A stretch of DNA of 51,176 nucleotides from positions 188,948,334 through 188,999,509 of the forward strand of contig NC_068982.1 of assembly GCF_001194135.2 (NCBI RefSeq). The letters are read 5' to 3'. The notes under the pieces were generated by a model. That model had not been told where the DNA came from. It searched no databases and saw nothing but the letters and a program-made list of their open reading frames with translations. The position numbers and the translations under genes are program-made. Source of the DNA: Octopus bimaculoides. Its lineage: Eukaryota. Positions 35,352 to 48,236 of the stretch are shown here, in pieces; the stretch's first letter is position 1; each line of letters starts with the position of its first letter.

Positions 35352-35708
35352 CTTTTTTACTTGTTTCAGTCATTAGACTGTGGCCTAGTAATTTTATTGA
35401 TTTCTTTTGCTGAACTGCTAATGATGGTGAAGTAAACAAACCAACACCAGCTGTCAATCAGTAGTGGGGGGGGCATACCCACACACAAAGACACACATAC
35501 AAACATGTATATATATACACATATACCTACATACACATACATGCAAGCATACATACATACATATGACAGGCTTCTTTCAGTTTCCGTCATCAAGGCTTTG
35601 TTCAGTCTGTGGCTATAGTAGAAAACACTTGCCCAAGGTGCCACACAGTGGAGCTGAACCTGGAACTATGTGGTTAGGAAACAAGCTTCTTACCACACAG
35701 CCACTCCT
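35352..35708 (-). mobile_element. SINE family B
   Basis: Reverse-orientation head and tail around a (CA/TA) tract. Confidence 0.85.
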
Positions 35709-35759
35709 ATAATGTTAGGTTTAGTTGATTCTATTTAATACTTCTTTTTTTTCGAAATA

Positions 35760-35999
35760 ATTGAGAATATTTGAAAATGTTATTCACAATGATTGGAAAC
35801 TGTTGAAAGTGCTTTCTCTCCAATCTCTCAACCCATTCTCGCATTGAATGCATCCATCCTTGTCTGAACACCGAAATCAAACAATATTGAACCTTAGCAA
35901 TTAAATGGGTGATCACTTGAGAGGTATAAGCTTTATAAGCATCACCTTTTCTTTGACGAGTTGTAGCACACCTGAGCACTGTGTACAATAAACTCATTA
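35760..35999 (+). mobile_element. Degenerate CR1-like 3' end
   Basis: Tail cacctgagcactgtgtacaataa matches the CR1 tail at 23102-23125; NVIHNDWKLL...SLNPF resembles the RVIxxWNxLP...SLxxF motif. Confidence 0.45.
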
Positions 36000-36455
36000 C
36001 AGTTCTATATTTAAGAGACAAGGAATTATATACATTATTTACATTTGACAGATATTTGTTCTCATCTTGTTTGTTGTTAACACAACGTTTCGGCTGATAT
36101 ACTCTCCAGCCTTCATCAGGTGTCTTGGGGAAATTTTGAACCTGGGTTCTCATTCCTAAGGTATTTATCAATGTTATTATTACTATTATTATTATTATTC
36201 AGGTCACTGCCTGGAATCGAACTCGGAATCTTGGGGTTAGTAGCCCGCGCTACTAACCCCAAGATTCCGAGTTCGATTCCAAGCAGTGACATGAATAATA
36301 ATAATAATAACATAAAAAATACCTTAGAAATAAGAACCCAGGTTCTAAATTTCCCCAAGACACCTGATGAAGGCTGGAGGGTATATCAGCTGAAACGTTG
36401 TGTTAACAACAAACAAGATGAGGACAAATATCCATCTAATGTAAATAATGTAAAT
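36000..36455. mobile_element. tRNA-headed hammerhead SINE, inverted duplication, copy 2
   Basis: Long near-perfect hairpin with a 4-nt loop ccgc (36245-36248); HHRs at 36079-36124 (minus) and 36359-36404 (plus); perfect 13-bp TSD aataaactcatta at 35987-35999 and 36456-36468. Confidence 0.92.
36079..36124 (-). ncRNA. Minimal type I hammerhead ribozyme motif (best-preserved copy)
   Basis: GACAC-CUGAUGA-A-GGCUG(GAGAGUAUAU)CAGCC-GAA-ACGU-U-GUGUU: 5-bp stem I, 5-bp stem II, palindromic ACGU stem III, UH cleavage site. Confidence 0.8.
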
Positions 36456-36532
36456 AATAAACTCATTATATAATTTTTTATTATTATTGTTATTATTGAG
36501 AGTCACTGCCTGGTATTGAGGCAATACCAAGC

Positions 36533-37345
36533 TCTGATGGCTTCTAAACTTAACTGATTGGAAGTGTTATCATATACATGTTTTGTCTTGGTGTAAAAGA
36601 TCCGCTTGTCAGTCGTTTGACCTTAACCAGTTGAGCATGTCCCTTAGGAGCTGACGATATGTGCATCTCTGATCCTGAGCAGAAGTAATTGGAGAGCATC
36701 ATAGTCAAGTGTTGAAAGGAATTCTTTAGGGTTTGAATAATTCACCTCTGGAATTGTAGTTGTGAGCCCCATGCCAGTAGCGTGTAAAAAGCACCATCTG
36801 AACATGGTCGATGCCAGTGTTGCTTTGACTGGTTTCCATGCTGGTGACACATAAAAAGCGCACTATCCAATTATGGTTGATGCCAGCTCCACTGGCCTCT
36901 ATGCCGGTGGCACGTAAAAAGCACCCACTACACTCTTGGAGTGGTTGGTGTTAGGAAGGGCATCCAGCTGTAGAAACACTGCCAGATCAGATTGGGGCCT
37001 GGTGCAGCCTCCTGGCTTCTCAGACCCCAGCTGAACCGTCCAACCCATGCCAGCATGGTAAACAGACGTTAAACGATGATGATGATGATGAAACATGGAT
37101 GTTCCATTCATTACCCTTAAAAAATCATTAAGGAATCTTTTGAGGGAGATAGAATTTTCTTCAAGTTGAGTAGCGTAACTGGGCCCCACCTGCAAGGTCA
37201 TGTGCTGTTTATCTTGATATGAGGTCACCATATAGTTGTGATGCATGTGCCTGGTGGAGCCTTATCGGACAGGTGACATGATGGGTATATTGGGCTTCAT
37301 ATATTTCCATGCCCGCATCACTTTATGACATGCCTTGCTCTCTCA
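36533..37345. mobile_element. Repeat family F split by a family E SINE (36765-37092)
   Basis: F breaks at cacctctggaa and resumes at aacatggatg, collinear with the intact junction at 28843-28865. Confidence 0.7.
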
Positions 37346-37360
37346 CACAACAGCAACAAT

Positions 37361-38200
37361 CTTTCCTACTCTAGGCACAAGGCCCCAAATTTTTTTTTTT
37401 GGGGGGGGGTGCCAGTCAATTAGATCAACTCCAGTATGCAACTGGTACTTAATTTATCGACTCCGAAAGAATGAAAGCNNNNNNNNNNGACAGATGAAAT
37501 ACCTCCAAGCATTTCGCCCGGCATGCTAACATTTCTGTCAGAACGCAGCCTTAACAACAACAACAACAACAATAATAATCCTTTCTATTATAGACACAAG
37601 GCCTGAAATTTGGGGGTAGGGGGTTATTTGGTTACACTGACCCTAGTACATGACTGGTATTTCATTTTATTGACCCAACAGGTTTGACCACAGTGGAATT
37701 GAACTCACAATGCAAAGAACCATAAGACATGCCAAGAAGCATTTTGTCTGATGTGGTAATGATTCCGCCAGCTCACCACCTGAATAATAATAATAATAAT
37801 CCTTTCTACTTTAGGCATAAGGGGGAGGGGGGCCAACCAATTAGATCGACCCAGTATGCAACTGGTACTTAATTTATCAACCCTGCAAGGATGAAAGGCA
37901 AAGTTGACTGGCGGAATTTGAACTCATAACATAGTGGCAGATAAAATACCGCTAAGTATTTCACCCTGCATGCTAACGCTTCTGCCAGGTCACCACCCTG
38001 ATGATAATAATAATAATAATAACGATCCTCTCCACTAAAGGCACAAGGCCTGAAATCTGGGGGTAGAGATTAAGTTGATTACATCGACCCCAGTACACAA
38101 CTAGTAATTATTTTATTAACCCTGAAAGGACGAAGGGCAAAGTCAACCTCAACAGAATTTGAACTCAGAACGTAGAGAGCCAAAATGAACTGCTACTAAG
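37361..38200 (-). mobile_element. Head-to-tail array of four family A SINEs
   Basis: Copies at 37361-37550, 37580-37780, 37801-37998 and 38024-38200, each separated by (AAC/AAT)n. Confidence 0.88.
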
Positions 38201-38699
38201 CAGAACACAGTGGTTGATGGTGGTGGTGGTGGTGGTGGGGATAATAGTCTTGGCTGCAGTTGTGGTAGAAGTAGAAGTGGTATTGGCTGTGGTGGTCGTG
38301 ACAATATTGGCTGTAGTGGTGGTGATGATGATAGAAGTAGTAGTAGTAGTAGTATTGGTTGCAGTTGTGGTAGTAGTAATTGTTGTGGTATGAGTAGCAG
38401 TGGCTGTGGTTGTGGTAGTAGTGACAGAGGGAGTAGTGTTGGTTGTAGTAGTTGAAGAGGCAGTGGTCAGAAACCCAGGGAGAATCAATAACGGTGGTGG
38501 TGGTGGTGGTGGTTAGTCTTTACCATCTTGAGTTCAAATCCTGGCAAGGTAAAGCTTCTTCCTTTCAGCATTTCACTGTTGTTAAATACAGTACCAGTTA
38601 TTAATCAAGGGTTGATACATCAGTCCTACAATACAGCTACCTAGTTATGGACATAATTATAACAGAAGAGAGGAGCACAGGATTCCAAATGTGACCATT

Positions 38700-39060
38700 C
38701 CATCTGGTTTGTTTTGTTCAGGCTTAACATATCTTTGTCAACACACACTAGTGACTAAAAAAAAGAAGGAAGAACACATTAGACAATGTAGTCCTAGATA
38801 CACAGTGATCATTACATAATGTAGTTTCAGATGCACTGCGTCTTAGTGACACATACAATAATGTAGTCCTAGATACAATTGCATCTGGAAAAACGAGAAG
38901 GGATGGTCACGGTTGCAACGCTCTAGTATAAGCCAGGTCAGACTCGATCGAGCTGACCAACCCCGACTATCTAGTCTTTTAGTGACATTATCAAATGTGT
39001 TCCCTTCCAGGACGAAAGGTGTGGTTTGAGGGAGATTTTAGCTGTTATTTCTAGCAGAGG
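38700..39060. mobile_element. Dispersed repeat family G
   Basis: gtgatttgagggagatttggctgctatttctagca-like and ccaggtca...tcgagctgacc motifs recur at 29490-29625, 44740-44930 and 45110-45255. Confidence 0.55.
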
Positions 39061-39235
39061 TTTCAGTGGTCTGACATTTGGTGGTGGTGGTGGTGTTAGG
39101 AGTGGTGTGGTTGTCAATATTTGATGCCGTTTGTTTGTTTGCAGCAGCAGTAGTAGTAGTAGTATTGTTTATGCTAGTAATATTGGTAATGATATGAAGA
39201 GTTAGGGAATTATTGTTGGAAACGTCGGCTGTATG

Positions 39236-39612
39236 TATAGCTGTGTGGTAAGTAGCTTGCTTCCCAACCACATGGTTCCGGGTTCAGTCCCACTGCGTGG
39301 CACTTCGGGCCCACCAAAGCCTTGTGAGTGGATTTGGTAGACGGAAACTGAAAGAAGCCAGTCGGGCGTGTGTGCTTGTCCCCACCCCACCACCACCGCT
39401 CGACAACTAATGTTGGTGTGTTTACATCCCCGTAACTTAGCGGTTCGGCAAAACGAACTCGATAGAATAATACCAGGCTTTACCCCCCCAAAAAAAAAAA
39501 TAATAAATAATAATAATAACAAATACTGGGATCGATTCATTTGGCTAAAAATTCTTCAAGGCAGTGCCCCAGCATGGCCGCAATTTAATGACTGAAACAA
39601 GTAAAAGATCAA
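39236..39612 (+). mobile_element. SINE family B
   Basis: gctgtgtggtaagtagcttgcttcccaaccacatgg head and B tail. Confidence 0.9.
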
Positions 39613-39889
39613 AGACGTGTGTGTATGCGTATGTCTATATGTGTATCTGTATGTCTATATGTGTGTGTGTCTGTATGCTCTCGATGTGTTCCCAAATCGC
39701 ATCACCATTTGCCGTTTCCTCTCAACATGGATACCAGATATCGCGTTATTATTATTATTTTTATTATAAGAGAGAACGGTGGCCTGTATGCCTTTCCTAA
39801 TGGATCGATATCACAGCTGCCTAGTGTTAAGTATTAGAGAGAAACGAGACCGGACTGGCGGTTGAGTATACCGAGAACAACCGAAGACT

Positions 39890-40317
39890 TCACATATACA
39901 TTCACATATGTACATACATACATATATATACACATACATACAAACACGTATATATACATACGTATATATACATACATATACATACAAACACGTATATATA
40001 CATACATATACATACAAACACGTACATATACATACATATACATACAAACACGTATATATACATACAAACACGTATATATACATACATATACACATACATA
40101 TATATATACATATACACATACATACACATATATATACACACATACATATACACACACACACATATATACATACATTTATATACACAGACATGCATATGCA
40201 CATACATACAAATATATATTTATATATACACACACATACTCATATACATCTATGTACACATACTCATATATACATATATATACACACATTCACACATCTA
40301 TTTATACGTGTGTAAAT

Positions 40318-40353
<36 letters not shown>

Positions 40354-40369
40354 GAGTATTTGTGTATGT
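39890..40369. repeat. (TA/CA) compound microsatellite with a 30-bp higher-order unit
   Basis: cgtatatatacatacatatacatacaaaca is repeated at 39961-40050. Confidence 0.9.
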
Positions 40370-41340
40370 NNNNNNNNNNNNNNNNNNNNNNNNNNNNNNN
40401 NNNNNNNNNNNNNNNNNNNNNNNNNNNNNNNNNNNNNNNNNNNNNNNNNNNNNNNNNNNNNNNNNNNNNNNNNNNNNNNNNNNNNNNNNNNNNNNNNNNN
40501 NNNNNNNNNNNNNNNNNNNNNNNNNNNNNNNNNNNNNNNNNNNNNNNNNNNNNNNNNNNNNNNNNNNNNNNNNNNNNNNNNNNNNNNNNNNNNNNNNNNN
40601 NNNNNNNNNNNNNNNNNNNNNNNNNNNNNNNNNNNNNNNNNNNNNNNNNNNNNNNNNNNNNNNNNNNNNNNNNNNNNNNNNNNNNNNNNNNNNNNNNNNN
40701 NNNNNNNNNNNNNNNNNNNNNNNNNNNNNNNNNNNNNNNNNNNNNNNNNNNNNNNNNNNNNNNNNNNNNNNNNNNNNNNNNNNNNNNNNNNNNNNNNNNN
40801 NNNNNNNNNNNNNNNNNNNNNNNNNNNNNNNNNNNNNNNNNNNNNNNNNNNNNNNNNNNNNNNNNNNNNNNNNNNNNNNNNNNNNNNNNNNNNNNNNNNN
40901 NNNNNNNNNNNNNNNNNNNNNNNNNNNNNNNNNNNNNNNNNNNNNNNNNNNNNNNNNNNNNNNNNNNNNNNNNNNNNNNNNNNNNNNNNNNNNNNNNNNN
41001 NNNNNNNNNNNNNNNNNNNNNNNCCTAAATATAAATTTTATATATCAAATATAAATTCCAAGTTCTGTCACCTTATTTTCACCTTAATTATAATCGTTGT
41101 TTATTTTTAATTGCAAAAAAAAATAAAATAAAATAAATAAAAATAATATTTTGGAAGTTAAGAGTCCGTGCGTTCAAATCTGAAAATGAGAAAGATGGAA
41201 ATAAATGAATTTGTGCTTACTTTGTGGAAAACCATCCGTCTGTGTTTTTTGTTCTCTTGGTGAAAATCCATGGTAAACGAAGTTATGGTCATAATGGAAA
41301 AACAAAAAATGTCTTTGAGAGTTTGGTGTCAGGGCGCCGA

Positions 41341-41372
<32 letters not shown>

Positions 41373-43659
41373 AGAGAGAGAGAGGTGTGGTGGTGGTGGT
41401 GGTAGGAGTAAAGAAGAAATAGTGAGGAAGGGAGTGGGTGTGGGAAAGAAAGCGTAAGAAGTATTAAGGAAAATGAAAGGGAGATGGGGAGGGTGAGAGT
41501 GAAATTAAACCAGCTGTAGTGGAGGTTAGCCTTTATCTTCTTTCTTTCAATAGATAGATAGAGAGAGAGAGAGAGAGACGATACAGAGCAATCGATAGCT
41601 AGATAGATGGATAGACAGATGTAGACAGAAAAATAAAGGCAAATAGATAGATAGACAAATAGACGGAAAGAGAGAGATAAACAAACTTATAGATAGAAAG
41701 ATAGTTTGAACGGTAGAGAGAGAGAGAGAAAACTAGATATAGACGAAAAGAAAGATAAGTCAGAGAGAGGGTGAAGTAAAGAGAGAATGATAGATTAATC
41801 GATTGATTGATTTCAGCGATAGATACAAGCGATAGGCAGTTGTGTATGTGTGTGTGTGTGTGTGTGTGTAAGAGATGGTAAGAAAAAAGAAGACGAGAGA
41901 AAGAGGAATAGAAAGAGAAGGGTGTGCGGCTGGCAAGGGTACGAAGTAGGGGGTTAAATGATAGAAGCAGTGTTGTGGTTAAGATGCTGGTGCTGGGTGT
42001 AGTGCGATGCGTCTTTGTGGTAATACAAAAGTGAGGTACTTGTTTATCGCACGATCTTAGTTTAGCATATATATCTATATATATATATATAGTATTATTA
42101 AGAGAAGAGCCGAGTTTGTAGTATCTAACAGAGTAGAGTGGTAGGGGCTAACAGCAGAATCGGTGCTAGTATAGCAATATGAACGTGTGGTGCAGTGGTG
42201 CTACCGTTGTCGCCTCCGCCACTGGTCCTTAAAGAGACGGCGGCCGACAAAGCACTCACTTTCTCTCTCGTGTTTCTAATGCAAGTGGCGGTCTTTTTCA
42301 ACTGAGGCGCACCACCCCCCTCCACTCTCACTCTCTTTCCTCCTTCTTTCTCGTTCTCTAACCACACCTCTTCCTCCCCTTCCTCCTCCTACGACTACTA
42401 TTAGTGCTGCTGCTGCTGCTGTTGTACTTTGTTATTGTTATTACTGCTGTTGCGGAACAGTGCCGCGGCGGTGGTGGTGGTGGTGGTGGTTATAGGAGCG
42501 GCGTTAGTAGGATAGTGGCGGTGGCGGTGGGACGTGATAGGGGGTTAAGTTTGGGAGGAGGAGTGTAATAGTGGTGGTGGTGGTGATGGTGGTGGTGGTG
42601 GTGGGAGCGGTACACAGGGAGTGACAGTGGTGGTGGTAGCGGTAACGTGCTGTTAATAGTGGTTGGTCATGTGTGTGTGTGTGTCTTTGAACGTGTGTAT
42701 ATTTATATATATATATATATGTATGTGTATATGTATATGAATGTGAAAGTGGGAGTGTGCGTGTGTATATATATATATGTGGGAGTGTGTCTCTATATGC
42801 GCGTGTTTATATATACCATAGTGTGTGTGTATAGAGACGTTTTACTGTAAATGGTGCAAGGCGATGGTGGTGGTGGTGGTGGAGACACCGCTGCTGATGA
42901 TGGTGATGTTGGCAATAACATTGCTGCTTTGGATGACGATGGTGATGCTTAATGAAGGGTGACAGGGTTTAGTTATTAAAATAATGAGGGGGACGGGGAG
43001 ACAGAAGGAAGGTTTGGAAGTGGTGGTGGTGGTGGTGGAGATGGTAGCGGTGGTGGAGCTGTGGTGGTGGTGGTGGTTTACTTACAGTAGTGGATGNNNN
43101 NNNNNNNNNNNNNNNNNNNNNNNNNNNNNNNNNNNNNNNNNNNNNNNNNNNNNNNNNNNNNNNNNNNNNNNNNNNNNNNNNNNNNNNNNNNNNNNNNNNN
43201 NNNNNNNNNNNNNNNNNNNNNNNNNNNNNNNNNNNNNNNNNNNNNNNNNNNNNNNNNNNNNNNNNNNNNNNNNNNNNNNNNNNNNNNNNNNNNNNNNNNN
43301 NNNNNNNNNNNNNNNNNNNNNNNNNNNNNNNNNNNNNNNNNNNNNNNNNNNNNNNNNNNNNNNNNNNNNNNNNNNNNNNNNNNNNNNNNNNNNNNNNNNN
43401 NNNNNNNNNNNNNNNNNNNNNNNNNNNNNNNNNNNNNNNNNNNNNNNNNGGTTGCTGTAGTGGTTTCAGTGGTATGGTATGAATGGGAGAAATAGCTGCG
43501 ATGGTAATGGACATCGTGGTAATTGTTGTAGCAATTTGTAAGATGGAGAGATTAAAAAGCAACGGTGCAATGGGGGGAGATATGAGATTATATGTATATG
43601 TATGTGTGAGTATATATATACATACATAGATATGTGTATATATATATATATATATTATA

Positions 43660-43831
43660 GTCTTAAACAAGAATACTAATCACATGGACTTTGAAGATTC
43701 GGCCAGCTAACCCATCGTCGGACTGCCTCTGTATGGCTTAGGTGGTCGAAACTTCGAAGTCACAATCAATGATCTTGTATGTGAATAAATTTGTACTCCA
43801 CAAAAGTGTAGAGTAAGGCATCAGGTTAATG
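43660..43831. mobile_element. Penelope-like HHR-b repeat, inverted duplication
   Basis: Left arm (minus) CAGU-CCGACGA-U-GGG(UUAGCUG)GCC-GAA-UCUUCAAAGU-C; right arm (plus) UGGC(UUAGGUG)GUC-GAA-ACUUCGAAGU-C. Confidence 0.65.
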
Positions 43832-43970
43832 TAAAACTTTTTTTTTTATTGTAACTGAACACAAATAAACATTAATATATATTTGTATATATAGATATAA
43901 AGATAGATAGATAGGCTGACAGATAGATGGATAGCTAGCTAGATAGATAGATAGATAAATATGTGGATAC

Positions 43971-44022
<52 letters not shown>

Positions 44023-44043
44023 CGAGGTAGATAGATAGCGAGG

Positions 44044-44083
<40 letters not shown>

Positions 44084-45314
44084 CAGACACAGAGATAGAT
44101 TGATTGATTGATAGACAAGTAGCATAACAACATGCATACGTATGAACATGTGTATATGCATGTATTTATTTTGTATACATGCATGTAGCACTGTGTATAC
44201 CTCTGTGTGTGTGCGTGTGTGATTCTGGATGTCTATTAATGTATGAATATGTGAGAAAAATGACAGAATGGGTAAAAGAGAGACAAAAGGACATAGAGAG
44301 GGGGGAGGGGAAGGCAGGCAGCTTGTGACGTAAAAAGCTACAACACGTAACGTCGCTCCGTTGTTTCTTCTCCTCGGCCTTCTCCTCCCACAATCCACCC
44401 ACTCTTCTCTGCTCTTTCCCATTTCCTCCCAACCACTCCTTATATTCCCTTCATCTCTTCCTCTTCCCACCCCTCATATAAACAACCGGTATTATACTTT
44501 CACTCTCTCTTGCTTTCTCTCTTTCCCTCCCACTTCCCCTTTTCTCTCTATCTTAGCCTTCTTTTCTTTCTCTCTTTCCCCAATTTCTCTCTCATACCCT
44601 TCCTCCCTCCCTCTCTCTCTCTCACTATGCCTTCTGTTGTCTTTCTCTTTCATCCTTTTCCCCCTCTAGCCCTATCTATCTATATATCTACCTCTCCCCT
44701 CCTTGTCTCCGCCCTTTCTTTTTACCCTTTCACTCGGTCGACCTGTTAAAAATAGCAGCCAGATCTCCCTCAAATCACACCCCAAAACTTACATTAGACT
44801 ATGTGCTCCTGGCAACTGTGCACACTAGAAAAAGAAAAAAATAGGGAGTGGGGGGCGTCACGAATGGCTAATTTTTGATCATAGGACCTGCTCGACCAAA
44901 GATGACCTGGGGCTAAACGACCACAACAATATGGTAGTTTTAGAGAGAACAGCTCCCGGGCCTTAACGGAGATGTGGTGTTTGTATTATTTTTTTCAAAC
45001 CCTTACTGAGTCGACCCACAGTCGACGACACTCTTGGCATGGCTACCACGTTGGTTTTCTATGCTATTATATATTGAGCTGTGTCATTCAATGCATTCGT
45101 TTATCAAACTGGATGTGATTTGGGGGAAATTTGGCTACTATTTCCAGCAAGGCAAGTGACTACATATGTCGTCAATTGTTTTTCTTGCTGTTTAAACTCA
45201 AGACCGCTTGAATTAGCACTCTTATGATTAGGGCCATTCCAGCCGTGACTATCCTCTGAGATGCCAGCACATGGAGCAAGTCAGGTACAGAGAGTAGGGG
45301 ACGCTATTCAAAAT

Positions 45315-46498
45315 ATTTATTTACTCTTATTTTCTCTTTATCACAGGTTTTGTTGGAACTCGTGGAGTCTAGCATGCTTAACGGGCTTACTACCTGCAGC
45401 CTATGGTACCATGCTATCCGTTCTTTTCAGCTATCTAATACTTTCCTGGTTATTCTGGTCGTGCCAAGGAGGCAAACCTTTTGTAACTCTATTCCAGTTT
45501 CCTTTATATTCCTCTTGATGTTTTCTGATATTGTTCCCAAGGACCCAACAATAAATGGCACTATCTTCACATTCTTCATTTTCCATAGCCAGGCTTTCGT
45601 ACTTAGGATAGTTCAATCTGTCTATCTTTTCGCCTTCTTTCTTGACTATTCGTGGGTCAAAGCGACACACATCATCAACCATATAGCATATGTGGTGCGC
45701 CTTGTCCACCACCACTAAGTCCGGTCCGTAATGCTCTAACACTTGAACTGTTTGGATTGGGAAATCCCAGAGGATTTTGCTAGTGTCTGACTCTGCCACT
45801 CTCTGCGGTTTGTGCTCATACCATGTCTTGCCTCTTTCTAACCCTCACTTTTCACACAATTTCCAATGTAGCACTTTCACTACCTGATCATGTTGCCACA
45901 AATTGTAGTGGATTGGGGCAAGTCTAGGGCATTCTTTTGTGATACGGTCAATGGTTTCATCCACTCTATTGCAGATGCGGCACAGCGGAGACACTTGCTC
46001 ATTCCTAAGGTTGACCCTCCAGTTCGTAGCCAGAGCTGGGTCTTCTGCTGCCAGTATAGTGCTCTCGGCCTCTTCTTTTAGTGTTCCTTTCTTTACCCAA
46101 TCCCACCTATTTTTTCCAGCAACTTCTGTTGTGACTTCATGGAATTCATTGTGTAGTCCCTTGTTGCGTAATACTTTTTCATGTCCTTTTTGTACTTCTT
46201 CCTTTGTTTTTCCTTTTTTCTCTGCTCTCAATACTCCCTCATTCCTAACTGTCACTAGCAAGGTTTCCTTACTTTAGGCTCGGTATCTCATTAAGCTCTC
46301 GAGTTGGATACACACAGTTTTCCACACTTATCAGTCCCCTTCTTCCATTCGCTCTCTTCATGTATAAGCGATCAGTGTCAGCACATGGATGATGGCCTCC
46401 ATGCATCACATTGATAGGAGCTTTCTTGACTTCCTCTCCATCTCCTTTGGATCCTTCTCTGACCACTTCAGGATTCCATTGCCATACCGAACTACTGC
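45315..46498 (-). mobile_element. R4/Dong-like non-LTR retrotransposon, 5'-truncated and frameshifted
   Basis: GGHHPCADTDRLYMKRANGRRGL (post-RT), CRICNRVDETIDRITKEC (CCHC knuckle with a decayed His), QHDQVV, and ILWDFPIQT...PDLVVVDK...KEGEKI (PD-(D/E)xK RLE). Confidence 0.9.
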
Positions 46499-46513
46499 GA
46501 CTTATTATTATTG

Positions 46514-46566
<53 letters not shown>

Positions 46567-47183
46567 GTCATTATTATTATTATTATACACATGTATCATG
46601 ACTCTGATTGAGTAAAGCAATGCTAATAGCCAGTTGTTGGAACTTATCTTTTAGGGTAAAGCATTTGGCAAGTACAGAGCATAATGTCAATTAAGAATAA
46701 CAAAAGAACAGGAGATACGTAATCATCTTCATTGGCTTACAGCTGTTTCTGCTCTAACATGCAGTGCACTCATCAGAGCTGAGTGCTTGTGCAACATCCT
46801 ATAGCAGAAGCTCCTGTAAACTAATGAAGGCGACTACATGACTCCTGTTCCCTTGGCTTTCGTTAATGTGTATAAACACATACATGCATATATATCAAAA
46901 CAGAAGATTGGAAAACTTCTTGGTATAATATTTTCACCATTACACATATTTCATTTGCTAATAGGAGTCACAAAATTGTACATGTTGGATAAACATGTAA
47001 GATATATCCTATTAGAAATTCCTCACAGAGAATGAAATAATATTTTTGCATTATTTTCAACTCTTATGCATACCTCACACAAATGTAACATCTACATATG
47101 AATCTGAAATGCTGAAATAAGCAGATGTGCTTCAAGAGGACACAGCATGAATTTTAACCTTGTCTACATTATATATATATATG

Positions 47184-47566
47184 TGTGTGGTAAGTAGCTT
47201 GCTTACCAACCACATGGTTCCGGGTTCAGTCCCACTGCGTGGCACGTTGCGCAAGTGTCTTCTACTATAGCCTCGGGATGACTAAAGCCTTGTGAGTGGA
47301 TTTGGTTGATGGAAACTGAAAGAAGCCCATCGTATATATGTATATGCATATATATATGTGTGTTTGTGTATCTGTGTTTGTCTCCCCAACATCGCTTGAC
47401 AACCGATGCTGGTGTGCTTACGTCCCCGTAACTTAGCAGTTCAGCAAAAGAGAGACTGATAGAATAAGCCCGAGGCTTACAAAGAATAAGTCCTGGGGTT
47501 GATTTGCTCGACTAAAGGTGGTGCTCCAGCATGGCTGCAGTCAAATGACTGAAACGAGTAAAAGAG
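47184..47566 (+). mobile_element. SINE family B, near full length
   Basis: Well-preserved head, internal TA/TG tract and tail. Confidence 0.92.
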
Positions 47567-48236
47567 TATATATATATATATATACTTCTGATGAAGCCTA
47601 GAGGCACACCCAAGTACCTTAATTTTATCTACCGATCAGTACAGCACACTGAAAGGATGGAAATAACATGTGGGGCACTGTGACCTCTTGGCAGAAACAG
47701 CTGTAAGAAACTGTTCTTCTTTTTCTATTCAAGAAATTACTGATACTTATAGTTGTAAAACACAATCTTTATATATGTGCATATATCTTCTCAGAATTGT
47801 TTATAATAAATAAATAGACATAATATAATGTCTAACAGTTGATGCATCTCTGGATCCCCTCCATTTTACTTCTTGCCGTATATTTATGTATATGTATGTC
47901 TGTATATATGTATGTATGTATGTATGTATNNNNNNNNNNNNNNNNNNNNNNNNNNNNNNNNNNNNNNNNNNNNNNNNNNNNNNNNNNNNNNNNNNNNNNN
48001 NNNNNNNNNNNNNNNNNNNNNNNNNNNNNNNNNNNNNNNNNNNNNNNNNNNNNNNNNNNNNNNNNNNNNNNNNNNNNNNNNNNNNNNNNNNNNNNNNNNN
48101 NNNNNNNNNNNNNNNNNNNNNNNNNNNNNNNNNNNNNNNNNNNNNNNNNNNNNNNNNNNNNNNNNNNNNNNNNNNNNNNNNNNNNNNNNNNNNNNNNNNN
48201 NNNNNNNNNNNNNNNNNNNNNNNNNNNNNNNNNNNN

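Noticed and set aside
38165-38488. Gly/Ser/Cys-rich (keratin-associated-like) or Thr-rich mucin-like ORFs
   Set aside because: Degenerate (GGT/GTA/GTT)n trinucleotide tract that is open on both strands.
42120-42370. CpG-richer segment with a strong minus-strand donor (gaaa|gtgagt near 42258)
   Set aside because: A lone splice-like hexamer amid low-complexity DNA, with no acceptor or ORF support.
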